In this document: positions 46,864 through 49,164 of the stretch, piece after piece
Position numbering within the stretch: position 1 is the stretch's first letter
Layout of the letters: each line of letters starts with the position of its first letter
Assembly: GCA_958442925.1 (NCBI GenBank)
Contig: CAUCIO010000001.1
Span: forward strand, 1-49,164
Direction: 5' to 3'
Origin: an uncultured Clostridium sp.
Lineage (GTDB): Bacteria; Bacillota; Clostridia; Lachnospirales; Lachnospiraceae
Length of the DNA: 49,164 nucleotides
Notes under the pieces: model-generated
What the model saw: the letters and a program-made list of their open reading frames with translations, nothing else
The model's database searches: none
Told to the model about the DNA's origin: nothing
Made by a program: the position numbers and the translations under genes

Positions 46864-48510
46864 ATGGTCTTGGAGGATATGAGAGAAGGGGGAAGAGGGC
46901 GCAGCAGAAAAAGAGTGCAGAGGGAGGAGGATCGCTCCTGCCTGGAGGCGGCGGCCTGTATCTTGATTCTGCTTATTTTTACAGGGATTTTGCTGCTTCT
47001 CCTTTTTCTCAGTGTGACAGGCAGTGCAGCTGTATACGGGGGAGCGGAACAGGTGTGGTTTTACGGCGATTCGCCGCTGTACCATCTACTGGTATTTGGG
47101 CTTATCACTGCTTTGGGAGTGATGATTCTCAGGAGTGGGAATACAGGAGAAAAGGCAGAACAAAGCCGGAGAACTCAGCTGGAGCGCCGAAAGCGATTCG
47201 TCCGGATTCTCGTCATTTTTTCAGGGCTTTATGTGATTTGGATTATGGGGACGATGTTTCGCCCAGCCTCAGATCAGAGGCTGGTGATTGACTGCGGAAA
47301 AGCTCTGGCTGAGGGAGATTTTTCGCCCTGGAATCAGGTGGGCTTTCGCTATTACTATGATCACTTTGAGGGCTATGCCTATACTTATCCCCACCAGAAC
47401 GGCCAGATTCTGTTTGCAGCGTTTTTGTATCTGATTGTCGGGGAACAGGCCGCTTTTTTGTGGCAGCTTCTGAATGTAGTCTTTTTGACAATCGGTATTC
47501 TGTATACAGGAAAGATGGCAGCGGACGTTTTGGAAATGAAGAGAGGATACCACAGCCTTGTTTTTCTGATGATGGCGTTTCTGCCTTTTTCCTTTTACGT
47601 CACCTTTGCCTATGGGACGATGCCAGGCTTTGCCTGCTCTGCTGCAGCTGTATGGTATGAAAGGCGATTTTTAAAGGACGGACGAAAAGCAGATCTGCTT
47701 CTGGCGTCTCTTCTGATTTCGGCAGCTATCCTGTTTAAATCCAACTATATGATTGTGCTGGCAGCCATGATCATCTTTCTTCTGGCAGAATCGGTATTTC
47801 AGAAAAAGCTGCTTCCTCTTCTTGGCGCTGCCGCTTTGCTGTCTGCTTATCTGATAAGCCGCAGCCTGGTGCTTGGGGGACTTTCCATGGCAGCAGGTCA
47901 TCCGGTGGAGGGAGGGCCGCCGATGCTCACCTGGGTAGAGATGGGCCTTCAGGAGGGCAGCAGGGCTCCGGGATGGTTTAATAATTACAACGTGCACATT
48001 TATCTGGATAATCAGGAAGACCGGGAGCTGACAGCTGCGGCAGTAAAACGGGATCTGAGCCGCACTCTCCGGTATTTTATGGAGCATCCTGACTATGGAG
48101 CCGATTTTTTCAACAGAAAATTGCGCTCCATGTGGACGGAGCCTACTTTTCAGAGCCTCTGGATTCAGGAGGTGAAGGGCTTTGGATGGCTGTTCCCCTC
48201 CTTTGCCAGATCCCTGTTTAAAGCAGGCGGAGCGGCCAATGAAATTTACTGGGAGCTGTGTAATGCAGTCCAGACGCTGATTTATGCAGGAGCGCTGCTG
48301 TTTGTGATTTTCCGCTTCCGGAGAGTGAAGTTCCAGGGTTTATGCTTCGCTGTTATTTTTATCGGAGGCTTTCTGTTTCATCTGTTCTGGGAGGCTAAGG
48401 GACAGTATACAGTTTCTTATTTTACGCTGCTGATTCCCTATGCAGTGCTGGGAATCCAGGACTGGCTCAAATGGGTATCGAAGGGGAGGTTTGTATGGAG
48501 GAGACATTAA
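46864..48510 (+). CDS. Polytopic membrane protein, GT-C/family 39 glycosyltransferase-like
   Basis: About 12 hydrophobic segments; P.SDQ loop, Y..TYPHQ.G, K.N, WEAK.QY motifs. Confidence 0.65.
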   Translation: MVLEDMREGGRGRSRKRVQREEDRSCLEAAACILILLIFTGILLLLLFLSVTGSAAVYGGAEQVWFYGDSPLYHLLVFGLITALGVMILRSGNTGEKAEQSRRTQLERRKRFVRILVIFSGLYVIWIMGTMFRPASDQRLVIDCGKALAEGDFSPWNQVGFRYYYDHFEGYAYTYPHQNGQILFAAFLYLIVGEQAAFLWQLLNVVFLTIGILYTGKMAADVLEMKRGYHSLVFLMMAFLPFSFYVTFAYGTMPGFACSAAAVWYERRFLKDGRKADLLLASLLISAAILFKSNYMIVLAAMIIFLLAESVFQKKLLPLLGAAALLSAYLISRSLVLGGLSMAAGHPVEGGPPMLTWVEMGLQEGSRAPGWFNNYNVHIYLDNQEDRELTAAAVKRDLSRTLRYFMEHPDYGADFFNRKLRSMWTEPTFQSLWIQEVKGFGWLFPSFARSLFKAGGAANEIYWELCNAVQTLIYAGALLFVIFRFRRVKFQGLCFAVIFIGGFLFHLFWEAKGQYTVSYFTLLIPYAVLGIQDWLKWVSKGRFVWRRH

Positions 48511-49164
48511 AGGGACGGCGGCTTATAATCGTGGGCCTGACTCTGTTTTCCATGTTTTTTGGGGCGGGAAATCTGATTTTTCCGCCGTTTCTGGCAGCGC
48601 AGGCCGGGACGGCTGTATGGCCGGCCATGGGAGGTTTTTTAATAAGCGCAGTTGGCCTTCCTGTATTGGGAGTCATAGCGGTATCCAGATCAGGAGGACT
48701 TGACTGTCTGGCTGGCAGGGTGCATCCTGCATTTTCTCTGATATTTTCTATTCTGATTTATCTGTCTATTGGTCCGTGCCTGGCCATTCCCAGGACAGCC
48801 AGCACTTCTTTTGAGATGACTGTACTTCCATTTTTAGGCAGCGGGGAAGGGGCGGTTCTGTGGCAGCTGGCATACTCGGCAGTATTTTTCCTCCTGGCGG
48901 CATTGACAGCGTTCCACCCGGAAAAGCTGACGCAGTGCCTGGGGAAAATTATGTGTCCTGCTCTGTTAGGGCTGATTTTCATTATGTTTGCAGGCAGCAT
49001 AGCTGCCGAGCCGAAGGCGCTTGCGATGCCGTCGGAAGCTTACAGCGGTCTGGCTCCGGTAAAAGGATTTCTGGAAGGATATCAGACTATGGACACCATA
49101 GCGGCTCTGAATTTTGGAATTATTATTGCTCTTAATATTAAGGCAGCAGGAGTAAAGGATGAGG
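48495..49164 (+). CDS. brnQ: Branched-chain amino acid transport system II carrier (runs off the window end)
   Basis: Not in the ORF track; read by eye from ATG 48495 after GGAGG: MEETLKGRRLIIVGLTLFSMFFGAGNLIFPP...IGPCLAIPRTA...GYQTMD. Confidence 0.93.
   Translation, partial: MEETLKGRRLIIVGLTLFSMFFGAGNLIFPPFLAAQAGTAVWPAMGGFLISAVGLPVLGVIAVSRSGGLDCLAGRVHPAFSLIFSILIYLSIGPCLAIPRTASTSFEMTVLPFLGSGEGAVLWQLAYSAVFFLLAALTAFHPEKLTQCLGKIMCPALLGLIFIMFAGSIAAEPKALAMPSEAYSGLAPVKGFLEGYQTMDTIAALNFGIIIALNIKAAGVKDE

Noticed and set aside
46144..47085. 313-aa ORF antisense to the response regulator
   Set aside because: Shadow ORF explained by codon bias of the sense gene; same for 41058..41771, 43125..43664, 12276..12881 and 23594..24238.

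Overview
Chromosomal window from a Lachnospiraceae-like, probably spore-forming clostridium (inferred from gene content, RBS style and sigmaE/sigmaK-like promoters). No tRNA, rRNA, CRISPR array, transposase, integrase or phage gene was seen. In order: a MerR-HTH/coiled-coil protein; a sigma54 operon (peptidase C26 gamma-glutamyl hydrolase, amidohydrolase, Opp/Dpp ABC transporter) with its upstream activator; a nine-gene Na+-type V/A-ATPase operon; a divergent RraA/LysR pair; a BirA-controlled bioY-bioD-bioA operon without bioB; a GNAT; an FMN riboswitch with ribU; a second sigma54 operon (mannose-family PTS, Zn dehydrogenase, class II aldolase, aldo-keto reductase, LevR-like activator); trxA; a YgjV-family protein; a nucleotidyltransferase; two hypothetical genes; murA; a SAM-I riboswitch with metK; an AraC protein; a two-component system; a GT-C-like membrane protein; and the start of brnQ. 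The best candidates for undescribed biology are (1) the kinase-less PTS operon, whose aldolase lacks the usual distal-phosphate ligands and so suggests a ketose-1-phosphate cleavage pathway, and (2) the sigma54 gamma-glutamyl/isopeptide uptake-and-hydrolysis operon with a phased direct-repeat enhancer. All assignments come from motif recognition by eye; no database search was run.
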